Assembly: GCA_965214935.1 (NCBI GenBank)
Contig: CBDCCS010000018.1
Location: 224,001-288,000, forward strand
Direction of reading: 5' to 3'
Origin: Candidatus Velthaea sp.
Lineage (GTDB): Bacteria > Vulcanimicrobiota > Vulcanimicrobiia > Vulcanimicrobiales > Vulcanimicrobiaceae
Length of the DNA stretch: 64,000 bases
In this document: in pieces, positions 46,751 to 56,931 of the stretch
How the letters are laid out: every line of letters begins with the position of its first letter
Numbering within the stretch: position 1 is the stretch's first letter
The notes under the pieces: generated by a model
Databases searched by the model: none
The model's input: only the letters and a program-made list of their open reading frames with translations
Told to the model about the DNA's origin: nothing
Translations under genes and position numbers: made by a program

Positions 46751-49339
46751 GTGAATAACGATCGCGTTTCGCTCATTAACGTCGAAGACGAAATGCGCGA
46801 GAGTTATCTCTCGTATGCGATGTCGGTTATCGCCTCCCGTGCGCTGCCGGACGTACGCGATGGACTCAAGCCGGTGCAACGGCGCATCCTGTACGCAATG
46901 CGCGAGAATGGGATGACGCCCGACAAGCAACATCGCAAGTCGGCCGGCGTCATCGGCGATGTTCTCAAATATTATCATCCGCACGGCGATAGTTCGGTCT
47001 ACGATGCGCTCGTGCGAATGGCGCAAGATTTCACGTTACGCTATCCGCTCGTTGACGGCCATGGAAATTTCGGTTCGATCGATCCCGATCCGCCGGCGGC
47101 TTATCGCTATACCGAAGCCCGGCTCGCGCGCATCGCGATGGAAATGCTCGTCGATATCGACAAAGAGACCGTCGACTTCGTTCCGAATTTCGACAACCAG
47201 ACGACCGAACCGGTCGTCCTGCCCGCGAAGCTGCCGCAATTACTCATTAACGGGTCGAGCGGTATCGCCGTCGGCATGGCGACGAATATACCGCCGCACA
47301 ATATTGCAGAGATCTGCGACGCGGTCGTTAAGGTCATCGATCGGACGACGGCCTCGGACGACGAACTCTTCGACGAGCTGCTCGACATCGTTCACGGGCC
47401 GGATTTTCCGACCGGCGGCATTTTGATGGGGCGCGAAGCGATTCGCACCGCATACCGCACCGGGCGCGGCTCCGTGCCTTTGCGCGGCAAGGCCGAGATC
47501 GTCGAAGAAGACGGTAAATACAAGATCGTCATCAGCGAAGTGCCGTTTCAGGTCTCGGTAAATCGCATTCTCGAAGCGATCTCCGACGCGCACTCCGAGA
47601 AAAGAATCGTCGGAATTTCACGGCTTGATAACGAGTCGAACCGGCACGGCATGCGGATCGTCGTTCAATTGCAGCGTAACGCGATACCGAACGTCGTACT
47701 CAATCAGCTCTACAAACAAACGCCGCTGCAGTCCAGCTTTGCTTTTAATATGCTCGCGCTGGTGCCCGCGAAGCGCTCGGACGGCAGTGCCTACGTGCTG
47801 GCCGGCAGCACTCAGACGCAACTCGAACCGCAAGTCCTCTCTTTGCTCGACATGCTCAAGTATTTCATCGAGCATCGCAAAGAAGTCGTGCGCCGGCGAG
47901 CCGAGTACGAACTCAACCGCGCGCGCGACCGGGCGCATCTCTTACTCGGTTTTCTCGTCGCGCTCGATAATATTGACCGCGTCATCGCCATCATCCGTGA
48001 GAGCGATACGGTTGAAACCGCACGCGAGCGGTTAGTTGCCGAACCGTTCGTGCTGTCCGACGCGTTTCGCCGCATGGCGCGCACGGAGATCGACGATGAT
48101 TTTCGCTTATCGGCAACGCAGGCGGTGGCAATCGTCGATATGCGGCTGCGCACGCTCGTCGGTCTCGAACGGCAGAAGATCGAAGACGAACATACTGCAT
48201 TGGTCCGAACCATCGCGGAGCTTCTAGAGTTACTCGCCAGCGAAACGAAGATACTTGCCGTCGTTAAAGACGAGACCGTCGATGTTCGCAAGCGTTTCGG
48301 CGATGCGCGCCGGACGCCCGTCGAGGCGCTCGACGGCGAACTTTCAATCGAAGACATCATCGCCGACACCGAAGTCGTCATTACGTCGACCGTCGGCGGC
48401 TATATCAAGCGTGTTTCGGTCGATACGTTCCGCCAGCAGAATCGCGGCGGCCGCGGCGTCGTCGGTATCGCCAATCTCAAAAAAGAAGATGTCGTCGCCA
48501 ACTTCTTCGTTGCGACGACACATCAGCACGTTCTCTTCTTTACCAACAAGGGCCGGGCGTATCGCTTACGAGCGTACGAGATCCCCGACTCCACGCGTCA
48601 GGCGCGCGGTACGGCACTCGTTAATCTGCTGACCTTACCGCCGGGTGAAAGCGTAACGGCCGTCTTCCCCATTCGCGACTTCGAGGGTGACAATTATCTC
48701 GTCATGGTCACGCGCCAAGGCGTGATCAAGAAAACGAAACTCGAAGAGTTCTCGAACGTGCGCCGTAACGGACTCAATGCCATCGGTCTGGACGATGCCG
48801 ACGAATTGCTCGGCGTCGATCTCTCGAACGGGACGCGCGACATCATTCTCGCGACGCATGACGGCATGGCCGTGCACTTCAATGAAAAAGATGTTCGTCC
48901 CATGGGCCGCAATGCGCGCGGCGTCCGGGCCATTACATTGGCACCGGGCGATACGGTCGAGGCAATGGATGTCGTCGAAGACGACCGGCGCGAAGTGCTC
49001 ATCGTGACGTCGCAAGCCTACGGGAAGCGAACGCCGATCGATGATTACCGCCATACCGCGCGCGGCGGCAAAGGCGTCAAAGCGTTTGCCAAAGAGAAAG
49101 AAATCGGCCATGTGGTCGATCAGATACTCGTGCGCGACGATGACGAGTTACTGCTCATCACGAGCGGCAATCAAGTCATCCGGATCGCCGTCGATCAAAT
49201 TCGGCGCGCCGGGCGTTCGACCAAAGGCGTGCGGTTGCAGCGCCTCGAGAAGGGTGACTCGGTCATTGCCATCGCCAACCTCGGCCAAGTCTCGAAACGG
49301 GTTGCCGACATCACCGGCGAGGAGCCGCCGATCGTTTAA
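46751..49339 (+). CDS. gyrA: DNA gyrase subunit A
   Basis: [44 protein letters not shown], GyrA-box QNRGGRG, C-terminal pinwheel repeats. Confidence 0.98.
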   Translation: MNNDRVSLINVEDEMRESYLSYAMSVIASRALPDVRDGLKPVQRRILYAMRENGMTPDKQHRKSAGVIGDVLKYYHPHGDSSVYDALVRMAQDFTLRYPLVDGHGNFGSIDPDPPAAYRYTEARLARIAMEMLVDIDKETVDFVPNFDNQTTEPVVLPAKLPQLLINGSSGIAVGMATNIPPHNIAEICDAVVKVIDRTTASDDELFDELLDIVHGPDFPTGGILMGREAIRTAYRTGRGSVPLRGKAEIVEEDGKYKIVISEVPFQVSVNRILEAISDAHSEKRIVGISRLDNESNRHGMRIVVQLQRNAIPNVVLNQLYKQTPLQSSFAFNMLALVPAKRSDGSAYVLAGSTQTQLEPQVLSLLDMLKYFIEHRKEVVRRRAEYELNRARDRAHLLLGFLVALDNIDRVIAIIRESDTVETARERLVAEPFVLSDAFRRMARTEIDDDFRLSATQAVAIVDMRLRTLVGLERQKIEDEHTALVRTIAELLELLASETKILAVVKDETVDVRKRFGDARRTPVEALDGELSIEDIIADTEVVITSTVGGYIKRVSVDTFRQQNRGGRGVVGIANLKKEDVVANFFVATTHQHVLFFTNKGRAYRLRAYEIPDSTRQARGTALVNLLTLPPGESVTAVFPIRDFEGDNYLVMVTRQGVIKKTKLEEFSNVRRNGLNAIGLDDADELLGVDLSNGTRDIILATHDGMAVHFNEKDVRPMGRNARGVRAITLAPGDTVEAMDVVEDDRREVLIVTSQAYGKRTPIDDYRHTARGGKGVKAFAKEKEIGHVVDQILVRDDDELLLITSGNQVIRIAVDQIRRAGRSTKGVRLQRLEKGDSVIAIANLGQVSKRVADITGEEPPIV

Positions 49340-49407
49340 GCGATCGGCATTCCGAAACCGGCAGACTTTGCTGCGGGTCCAACGGAACGGAGGTATATGA
49401 CCAACTT

Positions 49408-49740
49408 ATGAGCGCACTGCCCGACGTCTCTCAGAGCACGTTTCCGACCACCGTGCTTGCATCCGACAAGCCGGTCCTCGTCGATTTTTGGGCCCCTTGG
49501 TGCGGCCCGTGCAAAATGCTTGCACCCGTCGTCGAAAAAATCGCCGGTACGATGGGCGACAGAATGTCGTTCGTGAAGCTCAATACCGATGAGGCTCCAA
49601 GCCTCGCCGGCGAGTACCAAGTCTCCGGTATTCCATGTCTGATCCTCTTTAAAGGCGGTCAAGCCGTCGATCGGATCGTCGGGTTCGTCAACGAGTCGAC
49701 GATTACGTCGATGCTCAACAAGCACCTTACCGCCGCTTAG
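49408..49740 (+). CDS. trxA: Thioredoxin
   Basis: [19 protein letters not shown] nearby. Confidence 0.96.
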   Translation: MSALPDVSQSTFPTTVLASDKPVLVDFWAPWCGPCKMLAPVVEKIAGTMGDRMSFVKLNTDEAPSLAGEYQVSGIPCLILFKGGQAVDRIVGFVNESTITSMLNKHLTAA

Positions 49741-50055
49741 AGCAAGCAACCTGCCCGAGTTTGCCGCCGGCAGCCGGGCCATTGCCGGCCGCGTTCGTAC
49801 GCGCTCGATTGCTGCGGACGATCGGCGCTCGATACTCGCGATACATCGACGCGTAGCTAGGCGCCGATAATTTTTTTGGCATCGACGTTCGCCGCTCCGA
49901 CGGCGGACGTGTTTGCGCGCTCGACTGCCCGGTTGACCGTACGCGACATGAAGTTGGCCGCTCGGTTAGCGCTTTGCGGTGGTGAGTGCGAAGCGTACGA
50001 TCCATAATCTTTGCTTAACAATCGTGCGTCACAGTAGCCTGCGGAACGTTTCATC

Positions 50056-51717
50056 ATGTCTTGCGAAGGATTTGTTTTGCTTTCACGTTTGCTCCGCAGC
50101 TTCAGCGCAGGCGTAGCTTTAAGTGCTCTTGCGTCGGGCGTCGCCGCCGCGCAAAGTGCGCCCGGTCCTGCCCCATCACCGACAACCGACCGCTCCGGAA
50201 GCCCGAGTTCACCTGCGACGGTGCCGTCGGCGACCGGTTGGAATCCATTGCATGTACAAGGGCTCACGCTAAGCGGTACGCTTCGCGCCTTTGACTTTAA
50301 CCGGCTCAACACGCCGGAATATAACGGCGCGGCGGTTCCCGCGGCGACCGGGCCAAACCGGCAAGCCGTTAATTTCGGCGGTGTCTTGCGAGCTGACTAT
50401 AAGATCGGTACGACACCGTTTTCAGTCGGCGGCGCGTTGTGGGGCGCGTATCCGTTCGGGCTCAACGGCGGCACCGTAAACTGCAACGTCGGCGGCGGCC
50501 TTATCGTGCACCGTCCCGCGGCGCTTTGCGCTGCCAACAATGCCGGTACGGACAACACGTTGCCGGGCTATCCGCTCGAAACGTTCGAGTACTATGTGAA
50601 ATACACCGATAAGACGGCTGCTGTCGCAATCGGCGACCAGCTGCTCAACAAAGCCTGGTTGCCGGCGTCCGATTCGCGTATCAAACCCGCGTTATATCAA
50701 GGCATCGATGCGACCATCAACGTGACGAAAGCATTGGCGCTCGGATTGACGCGAATCACGCGCTTTGAAGACCGTACCGAATCGTTGTTCGACGAATGTA
50801 CGCTGCTGACGTGTACGACGACGCCTGCGGGTGTCGGTGGCGGCGGAGCATTTCGCGCTACCGAGCCGGGTACCACGGGTGCCGATCGGGTAGCGCTGAG
50901 CTTTAAGCCCAACGCTCGCGCGTCGGTTTTAGCAGAAACCTATCGGTTTCACAATATCGCGAATCTCACGTACTTCGAATCGAAGTACAACTTCATACCG
51001 AAGAACGTCTACAACCCGTACGCAGCGTTCCAGTTCTTGTCCGAACGTCAGAGCGGTCAAGCGATTCTCGGCCGCATCGAAGCACAGACGATCGGCCTGC
51101 AACTCGGCATCAATCCGGTCAAAAATCTGCTCGTTACCGTCGGCGTCGATCAAACACCGTGGAATTACGATGATCTTCCCGCAGCGTCGCTTGCAGCTGC
51201 GACACGCTTGGCGAGCGCGCGTTACTTTCTGCCCGGCGGTGGCACGGACCAGCCGCTAGGCGCCGGCGCGAACGGCGCCGTCAACGCAGCGCAGGTGTTA
51301 GCGATCCCCAGCCGGCCGGGATTTTACCGGGTGGCCTATGGCGGTATTGCTTCACCCTACTCTGATTCGTATGCCAGCGACCCGCTCTATACGACGAGCA
51401 TTTCGCAAGGTATGGCCGATCGCCGCAGCCCCGGCACGGCATTCAAAGGCGCAATAACCTATACGAGCAACGACAAGCGGCTCGTCGTCATAGCCAGCGA
51501 AGCTGCGTATAATTATGATTCTGCTTTTGCCCAAGTCAACGGTTTATTGCGCAATCGAACCTACGAACTCGACGGCGACGTGACCTATAACTTCAACACG
51601 GTGCGCAGTGGAACGTACCGGGGCTTCTCGGTTCGCGAGCGCTTTGCGGATCGCACGCAGCCGACGCTGCCGTACAACTTTAAATACATCCGGCATCAAT
51701 TACAATTTAGCTTCTGA
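50056..51717 (+). CDS. Outer-membrane beta-barrel protein (OprD-like porin)
   Basis: Signal peptide, Pro/Ser linker, alternating beta-strand pattern, C-terminal RHQLQFSF (BAM-type terminal Phe). Confidence 0.75.
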   Translation: MSCEGFVLLSRLLRSFSAGVALSALASGVAAAQSAPGPAPSPTTDRSGSPSSPATVPSATGWNPLHVQGLTLSGTLRAFDFNRLNTPEYNGAAVPAATGPNRQAVNFGGVLRADYKIGTTPFSVGGALWGAYPFGLNGGTVNCNVGGGLIVHRPAALCAANNAGTDNTLPGYPLETFEYYVKYTDKTAAVAIGDQLLNKAWLPASDSRIKPALYQGIDATINVTKALALGLTRITRFEDRTESLFDECTLLTCTTTPAGVGGGGAFRATEPGTTGADRVALSFKPNARASVLAETYRFHNIANLTYFESKYNFIPKNVYNPYAAFQFLSERQSGQAILGRIEAQTIGLQLGINPVKNLLVTVGVDQTPWNYDDLPAASLAAATRLASARYFLPGGGTDQPLGAGANGAVNAAQVLAIPSRPGFYRVAYGGIASPYSDSYASDPLYTTSISQGMADRRSPGTAFKGAITYTSNDKRLVVIASEAAYNYDSAFAQVNGLLRNRTYELDGDVTYNFNTVRSGTYRGFSVRERFADRTQPTLPYNFKYIRHQLQFSF

Positions 51718-51744
51718 CTGCGGGCGTGCCGCAAGCACGGCGGT

Positions 51745-52842
51745 TCAATGTCGTAGCGCGATGACGCCGATGACCGCTTCGACGGCAACGAGAACCACGA
51801 TGATGATTTCCAACAGTTCGCTACGCGCATGCTGCGCTTGATCTTGGAACACGCGATAGATCTCCGAGACCGAGCGCAGCTTCGCGTCGATGAGTCGCTG
51901 CCAATCCGCCAGGCCGAGGCGCGAGGCGATCGAGCGGTAAAGCCGCGCATAGTACGCGTCGCCGATAATTTTCAGCGCGTTTGACGTACGGTCGGTTAAC
52001 TCGAGAATATCGACGAGCAAGTAACGCACCTGCGCAGCGCTGTGGGCCGCCGAGCGATTCATCGAACCGCGCCGGCGTCCGGGATCCGCGGCATAAATTG
52101 CATCGAGTTCGGCGTCGAGCCGCGAATCGTACGTCCGGAATTCGACAAGTTGCGAATTGGCAAACTCGAGAATGTCCTCCACGGCCTCGGCGCCTTCGGC
52201 ACGGTCGTAGACGAAGGCCGCATCCCATTGCACGACCACGAAGTCGTCGTCGTAATACGACGTTGAAAGCCGCAGCGCTTCGATCTGCTCGCCGCGCACG
52301 AGCGGGCGGTCCTCGAAGAGTAAGAGCTGAGCGAGTGGTGACGCGAATTCCGTCGACAGGCGCTGCGCCGCGACATGTTCGCTGAAGCGGTCGACTTCGA
52401 GGATGAAATAATCTTCAACGAGCGCCGGATGCGGTTTATCTAGTGCGGAGCTGATTTCGTTGAGCACGTCGTCCAGGGCCGCGCGCGCTTGCTGCTCGAG
52501 CCGCGGGTCGCTGCGCCAACGACGCGTCGACGAGCCGAATTCTTCCCATTCGCCGGCGAACGGAATACTGATCCGAACCGAAACGACGCCGAAATCGAAG
52601 ATCTTTGCGCGCAAGGTCGCCGTGTATTCTTCGAGGTCCGGCAAGCGGACGATAAGCGGGACGACCGGGTACTGGATGAAATCGGACGACGCTTCGCGTC
52701 GCAACTGCAGAGGCGCGCGTGAGACACCCTCGCCGCGAACCGTTCGCAGGCGCTCGAGATCGATCGTATCCGCGACGTCGTAAACGAAAAACGCGCGAAA
52801 GGCGGCTTTTGCCAAGGCGGGAAGCGTCGCCGTTCCGTGCAT
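51745..52842 (-). CDS. RMD1/DUF155-like membrane protein
   Basis: FDFGVVS, LEFANSQLVEFRTYD, IGDAYYARLY, C-terminal TM (LEIIIVVLVAVE). Confidence 0.75.
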   Translation of the reverse strand: MHGTATLPALAKAAFRAFFVYDVADTIDLERLRTVRGEGVSRAPLQLRREASSDFIQYPVVPLIVRLPDLEEYTATLRAKIFDFGVVSVRISIPFAGEWEEFGSSTRRWRSDPRLEQQARAALDDVLNEISSALDKPHPALVEDYFILEVDRFSEHVAAQRLSTEFASPLAQLLLFEDRPLVRGEQIEALRLSTSYYDDDFVVVQWDAAFVYDRAEGAEAVEDILEFANSQLVEFRTYDSRLDAELDAIYAADPGRRRGSMNRSAAHSAAQVRYLLVDILELTDRTSNALKIIGDAYYARLYRSIASRLGLADWQRLIDAKLRSVSEIYRVFQDQAQHARSELLEIIIVVLVAVEAVIGVIALRH

Positions 52843-52907
52843 CACGCCGCTGCTTCGACACGCGGGCGCCGTTTCGGCATAACGGGTTAAAACGCGCAAC
52901 CGCCCGA

Positions 52908-52934
52908 TTAGCACTCTGGGTTATAGAGTGCGAA
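52908..52934 (+). promoter_or_regulatory. CIRCE element (HrcA operator)
   Basis: TTAGCACTC-tgggttata-GAGTGCGAA, one mismatch from TTAGCACTC-N9-GAGTGCTAA, abutting the clpB start. Confidence 0.9.
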
Positions 52935-55567
52935 TGAACGTCGAACGTATGACTCAACGCGTTCAAGAAGCGCTGAACGCAGCCTATAGCCGGGCGCTGG
53001 CCGAACGGAACACGCAAACAGCGCCCGAGCATCTGCTTGCGGCGATACTCGAACAGCCGGACGGAGTTGCCGCGCCGATTCTGACCAAGGCCGGCCTCGA
53101 CGCGTCGGCTTTTAGCGCCAACGTCGAGGTGGCGATCGGGAAGCTTCCGCGTTTCTCCGGCTCGAATGCCGAGGCGCAGCAAGTCACCGTCGCGCCGGCG
53201 CTTACTCGATTGCTTACGAGCGCCGATGAAGAAGCCAAGAAGTTGAACGACGACTTCGTCTCGGTCGAACATCTGTTGCTGGCGATGACCGCTGATACGG
53301 CCGGTGCGGGGCGGTTGTTCAAAGATGCCGGTTTGTCGCGCGACAAGCTGTTAAGCGCGTTGCGCGACGTGCGCGGCAACCAGCGGGTGACGACGCAAAA
53401 TCCGGAAGGCACGTATCAAACTCTCGAGCGTTACGGCCGCGATCTCACCAAAGCGGCTGCGCAAGGGAAGCTCGACCCGGTCATCGGCCGCGACGATGAG
53501 ATCCGGCGCGTCGTTCAAGTGCTCTCGCGCCGGACAAAGAATAATCCGGTGCTCATCGGCGAACCGGGCGTCGGTAAAACGGCGATCGTCGAAGGTTTGG
53601 CGCAGCGCATCACGCGCGGCGACGTACCCGAAGGTTTGAAAGAAAAGAAGCTGATTTCGCTCGACATGGGCGCGCTGATCGCCGGCGCTAAATACCGTGG
53701 TGAGTTTGAGGAACGGCTCAAGGCCGTGCTCAAAGAAGTGCAAGCCGCGCAGGGCGCCGTGCTGTTATTCGTCGATGAATTACATACCGTCGTCGGTGCC
53801 GGTAAAACCGAAGGCTCAATGGATGCGGGCAACCTGCTCAAGCCGCTGCTTGCACGCGGCGAACTGCACATGATCGGTGCAACGACGCTCGACGAATACC
53901 GCAAGTACATCGAGAAGGATGCTGCGCTCGAGCGCCGCTTTCAACCGGTAACGGTCGATCAGCCGACGGTCGAGGACACCATCTCGATCCTGCGCGGGCT
54001 ACGCGAACGGTATGAAGTCCATCATGGCGTCCGCATCAAAGATTCAGCGCTCGTCGCCGCCGCGGTACTCTCGAATCGGTATATCGCCGACCGTTTTCTG
54101 CCCGACAAGGCGATTGATTTGGTCGACGAAGCCGGTGCCAAATTGCGAACCGAGATCGATTCGATGCCGACGGAACTTGATGAAGCCTCGCGCCGCATCA
54201 TGCAGTTGGAGATCGAGCGCGAAGCGTTGCGCCGTGAAAGTGACGACGCGTCGCGTCAGCGGCTCGAAAAACTGGAGGCGGACCTCGCGCTTCTTCACGA
54301 AGAATCCGACGGGTTAGCCGCGCGCTGGCAGAACGAAAAGAGCGCGGTCGACTCGTTGCGCAATCTGCGCGAACAGATCGAGTCGACGAAGATCGAGATC
54401 GATCGCGTCTCGCAGGCGGCCGACTATGCCACGGCCTCGCGCTTGAAGTACGGCCGCCTCAGCGATCTGGAACGCGAGCTGCGCGAACGTGAAGCGTCGC
54501 TCGGCCCGAACGATACGCGGTTGCTCAAGGAAGAGGTCGACGAAGAGGACATTGCCGAGATCGTCGCACGCTGGACGGGCATCCCGGTGAGTAAACTGCT
54601 GCAAGGCGAGATCGCAAAGCTGCTCCATCTCGCCGACGAACTGCACAAGCGGGTCATCGGTCAAGCCGAGGCGGTCGACGCCGTAGCCGAAGCAATCGTC
54701 CGCGCCCGTTCGGGACTCGGCGACCCGAATCGCCCGTTAGGCTCGTTTCTGTTCCTCGGACCGACCGGCGTCGGCAAAACCGAACTGGCACGCGCGCTGG
54801 CGGTGTACTTATTCGATGATGAGCGCGCGCTCATCCGCATCGATATGTCCGAGTATCAAGAGAAGCACACCGTCGCGCGCTTGTTGGGTGCACCGCCCGG
54901 CTACGTCGGCTACGATGAGGGCGGTCAGCTCACGGAGCCCGTGCGCCGCCGGCCGTTTTCGGTCATTTTGTTCGATGAAGTTGAAAAGGCGCACCCCGAT
55001 GTGTTCAACGTGTTCTTACAAATTCTCGACGATGGACGCTTAACCGACGGGCAAGGCCGGACGGTCGACTTCCGCAATACGATCGTCATCATGACGTCCA
55101 ACATCGGCAGTCACTTGATCCTCGACTATCGCGGCGATGAACGAAGTGCCGGATTTGCCCGCATGCGGACGACGGTACTCGAAGAATTGCGGACGCACTT
55201 CCGGCCCGAATTTTTGAACCGGATCGACGAAACGGTTGTTTTCCACGCACTTTCCGAAGAGCAGCTCAAAGTCATCATCGAGATTCAGCTCGACCGGGTC
55301 CGTGCGCGTCTGATCGACCGGCGCATCGGCTTAGAAATCAGCGACGAGGCCAAAACGCATCTCGTCCGGTCCGGTTACGAAGCCTCGTACGGTGCACGGC
55401 CGCTCAAGCGCGCGATCGCGCGCGAAGTCGAAACGCCGCTTGGACGGCGAATCCTGGCCGGCGACATTCGTGACGGCGACTTAGTGCGCATCGGCGTCGG
55501 CGAAGGCGGCGACCAATTGACCTTCAACGTCGTGGCGCCCTTACCGCCGTTTCCGGTGCTCACGTAA
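52934..55567 (+). CDS. clpB: Chaperone ClpB
   Basis: Two AAA+ modules ([16 protein letters not shown]), long M-domain coiled coil, [14 protein letters not shown]. Confidence 0.98.
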   Translation: MNVERMTQRVQEALNAAYSRALAERNTQTAPEHLLAAILEQPDGVAAPILTKAGLDASAFSANVEVAIGKLPRFSGSNAEAQQVTVAPALTRLLTSADEEAKKLNDDFVSVEHLLLAMTADTAGAGRLFKDAGLSRDKLLSALRDVRGNQRVTTQNPEGTYQTLERYGRDLTKAAAQGKLDPVIGRDDEIRRVVQVLSRRTKNNPVLIGEPGVGKTAIVEGLAQRITRGDVPEGLKEKKLISLDMGALIAGAKYRGEFEERLKAVLKEVQAAQGAVLLFVDELHTVVGAGKTEGSMDAGNLLKPLLARGELHMIGATTLDEYRKYIEKDAALERRFQPVTVDQPTVEDTISILRGLRERYEVHHGVRIKDSALVAAAVLSNRYIADRFLPDKAIDLVDEAGAKLRTEIDSMPTELDEASRRIMQLEIEREALRRESDDASRQRLEKLEADLALLHEESDGLAARWQNEKSAVDSLRNLREQIESTKIEIDRVSQAADYATASRLKYGRLSDLERELREREASLGPNDTRLLKEEVDEEDIAEIVARWTGIPVSKLLQGEIAKLLHLADELHKRVIGQAEAVDAVAEAIVRARSGLGDPNRPLGSFLFLGPTGVGKTELARALAVYLFDDERALIRIDMSEYQEKHTVARLLGAPPGYVGYDEGGQLTEPVRRRPFSVILFDEVEKAHPDVFNVFLQILDDGRLTDGQGRTVDFRNTIVIMTSNIGSHLILDYRGDERSAGFARMRTTVLEELRTHFRPEFLNRIDETVVFHALSEEQLKVIIEIQLDRVRARLIDRRIGLEISDEAKTHLVRSGYEASYGARPLKRAIAREVETPLGRRILAGDIRDGDLVRIGVGEGGDQLTFNVVAPLPPFPVLT

Positions 55568-55654
55568 AATTGATCGGGCGTCGGCGACGGTAAGGAACGC
55601 GGCGACCGCGGGAACCGTTAGCGCCTTGGATCTATCAGACATCCGGAGGCTTCA

Positions 55655-55933
55655 TTGAGCGATAAAGTATCTCGTAAATCCGTTCTCATCAATCTGTTGA
55701 CGTTGCCGCTGGCTGCCACGGCTGCCGCTGCTACGGTCGGCCAGGCTTCAGCGGACAGCAAATCTCCGCAAAAGGCCGTGTCATATCAAGATCAACCCAA
55801 GGGTGCGCAAAAGTGCGCGGGTTGCAAGTTCTTCATTCCAAACAAAGATCCCAAAGCCAAGGGTGGCTGCCAAGTCGTTGCGGGAGCAATCAGCCCCAAC
55901 GGCTGGTGTGTCGTTTACTCGGCGAAGAGCTAA
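55655..55933 (+). CDS. High-potential iron-sulfur protein (HiPIP)
   Basis: Tat-like VSRKSVL leader; YQ...C-x2-C-x2-F...C...I-x-P-x-GWC; GGAGG RBS. Confidence 0.92.
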   Translation: MSDKVSRKSVLINLLTLPLAATAAAATVGQASADSKSPQKAVSYQDQPKGAQKCAGCKFFIPNKDPKAKGGCQVVAGAISPNGWCVVYSAKS

Positions 55934-55953
55934 GGCTCGTCCGTAGTAAATCG

Positions 55954-55985
55954 GAAAAGCGCCGGCGGTAACGTCGGCGCTTTTC
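55954..55985 (+). terminator. Intrinsic terminator-like hairpin after HiPIP
   Basis: GAAAAGCGCCG...CGGCGCTTTTC. Confidence 0.7.
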
Positions 55986-56001
55986 GTTAATAAGCGCTTC
56001 G

Positions 56002-56931
56002 ATGAACGTTCGCGAGCCCATCGAAACAATTGTCGTCGAAGCCGGCGGTTTGCGTTTCGAGGTTGAGACGTGCGGTCGCGGAGACCGGCTTGCGTTGTGC
56101 TTGCATGGGTTTCCCGAGGCTGCAATTTCTTGGCGCGCGCAGTTGCCGGTACTGGCCGCGCTCGGTTACCGTGCGTGGGCTCCGAATCTTCGCGGCTACG
56201 GCCGCACGACGCGGCCGCCGTCAGTCCAAGCGTATCGCACTGCTTTGCTCGTCGGCGATGTTGCGGCACTAATCGATGCCGCAGCGGCACGGTCCGTAAC
56301 GCTCATCGGCCATGACTGGGGCGCGGCACTTGCGTGGCTTGTCGCCATCGATCGCGTGCGACGACTCGAGCGGCTCGTGATCATGAACGTGCCGCACCCG
56401 GCGCTCTTTGCGCGCGAGTTGCGCAAATTACCCCAGGCGCTGCGCTCGTGGTACATTGCGTTCTTTCAACTGCCCGGCTTGCCGGAGGCGGTTCTCGGTT
56501 GGAACGATGCTGCCGCTGTCGGCTATGCGTTCCGCGCGCTGGCGACGCATCCCGGCCGCTTTCCGGCGGCGGTCATCGATGTTTACCGCGCGAATGCCGC
56601 AGAGCCCGGCGCGTTAACGGCCATGATCAATTGGTATCGTGCTCTTGCTCGAGACAGCCGGCGCTTTGCAGCGCGTGCATATCCGGTCGTCGAGGTTCCG
56701 ACGCTCATGATTTGGGGCGAAGCCGATATCGCTTTGAGCAAATCGACGACGTTTGGAACGCACGACTACGTGCGCGACCTGACGTTGCGTTATCTGCCGG
56801 GGATTTCGCACTGGGTTCAGCAAGATGCGCCCGAGATGGTCAATGCGATGATCGTAGCGTTTCTAAGTAACGCGCGCGTTCCTGAAGCGCGCGAGATTTC
56901 TCCCACGGGCCGGGTAACCGTAACCCGATGA
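56002..56931 (+). CDS. Epoxide-hydrolase-like alpha/beta hydrolase
   Basis: LHGFP, LRGYG, GHDWG, RSWY, NWYR, WGEAD, SHWVQ. Confidence 0.92.
   Translation: MNVREPIETIVVEAGGLRFEVETCGRGDRLALCLHGFPEAAISWRAQLPVLAALGYRAWAPNLRGYGRTTRPPSVQAYRTALLVGDVAALIDAAAARSVTLIGHDWGAALAWLVAIDRVRRLERLVIMNVPHPALFARELRKLPQALRSWYIAFFQLPGLPEAVLGWNDAAAVGYAFRALATHPGRFPAAVIDVYRANAAEPGALTAMINWYRALARDSRRFAARAYPVVEVPTLMIWGEADIALSKSTTFGTHDYVRDLTLRYLPGISHWVQQDAPEMVNAMIVAFLSNARVPEAREISPTGRVTVTR

Noticed and set aside
49727..50005. Small minus-strand ORF between trxA and the porin
   Set aside because: No motif or RBS; overlaps the trxA end and the probable porin promoter
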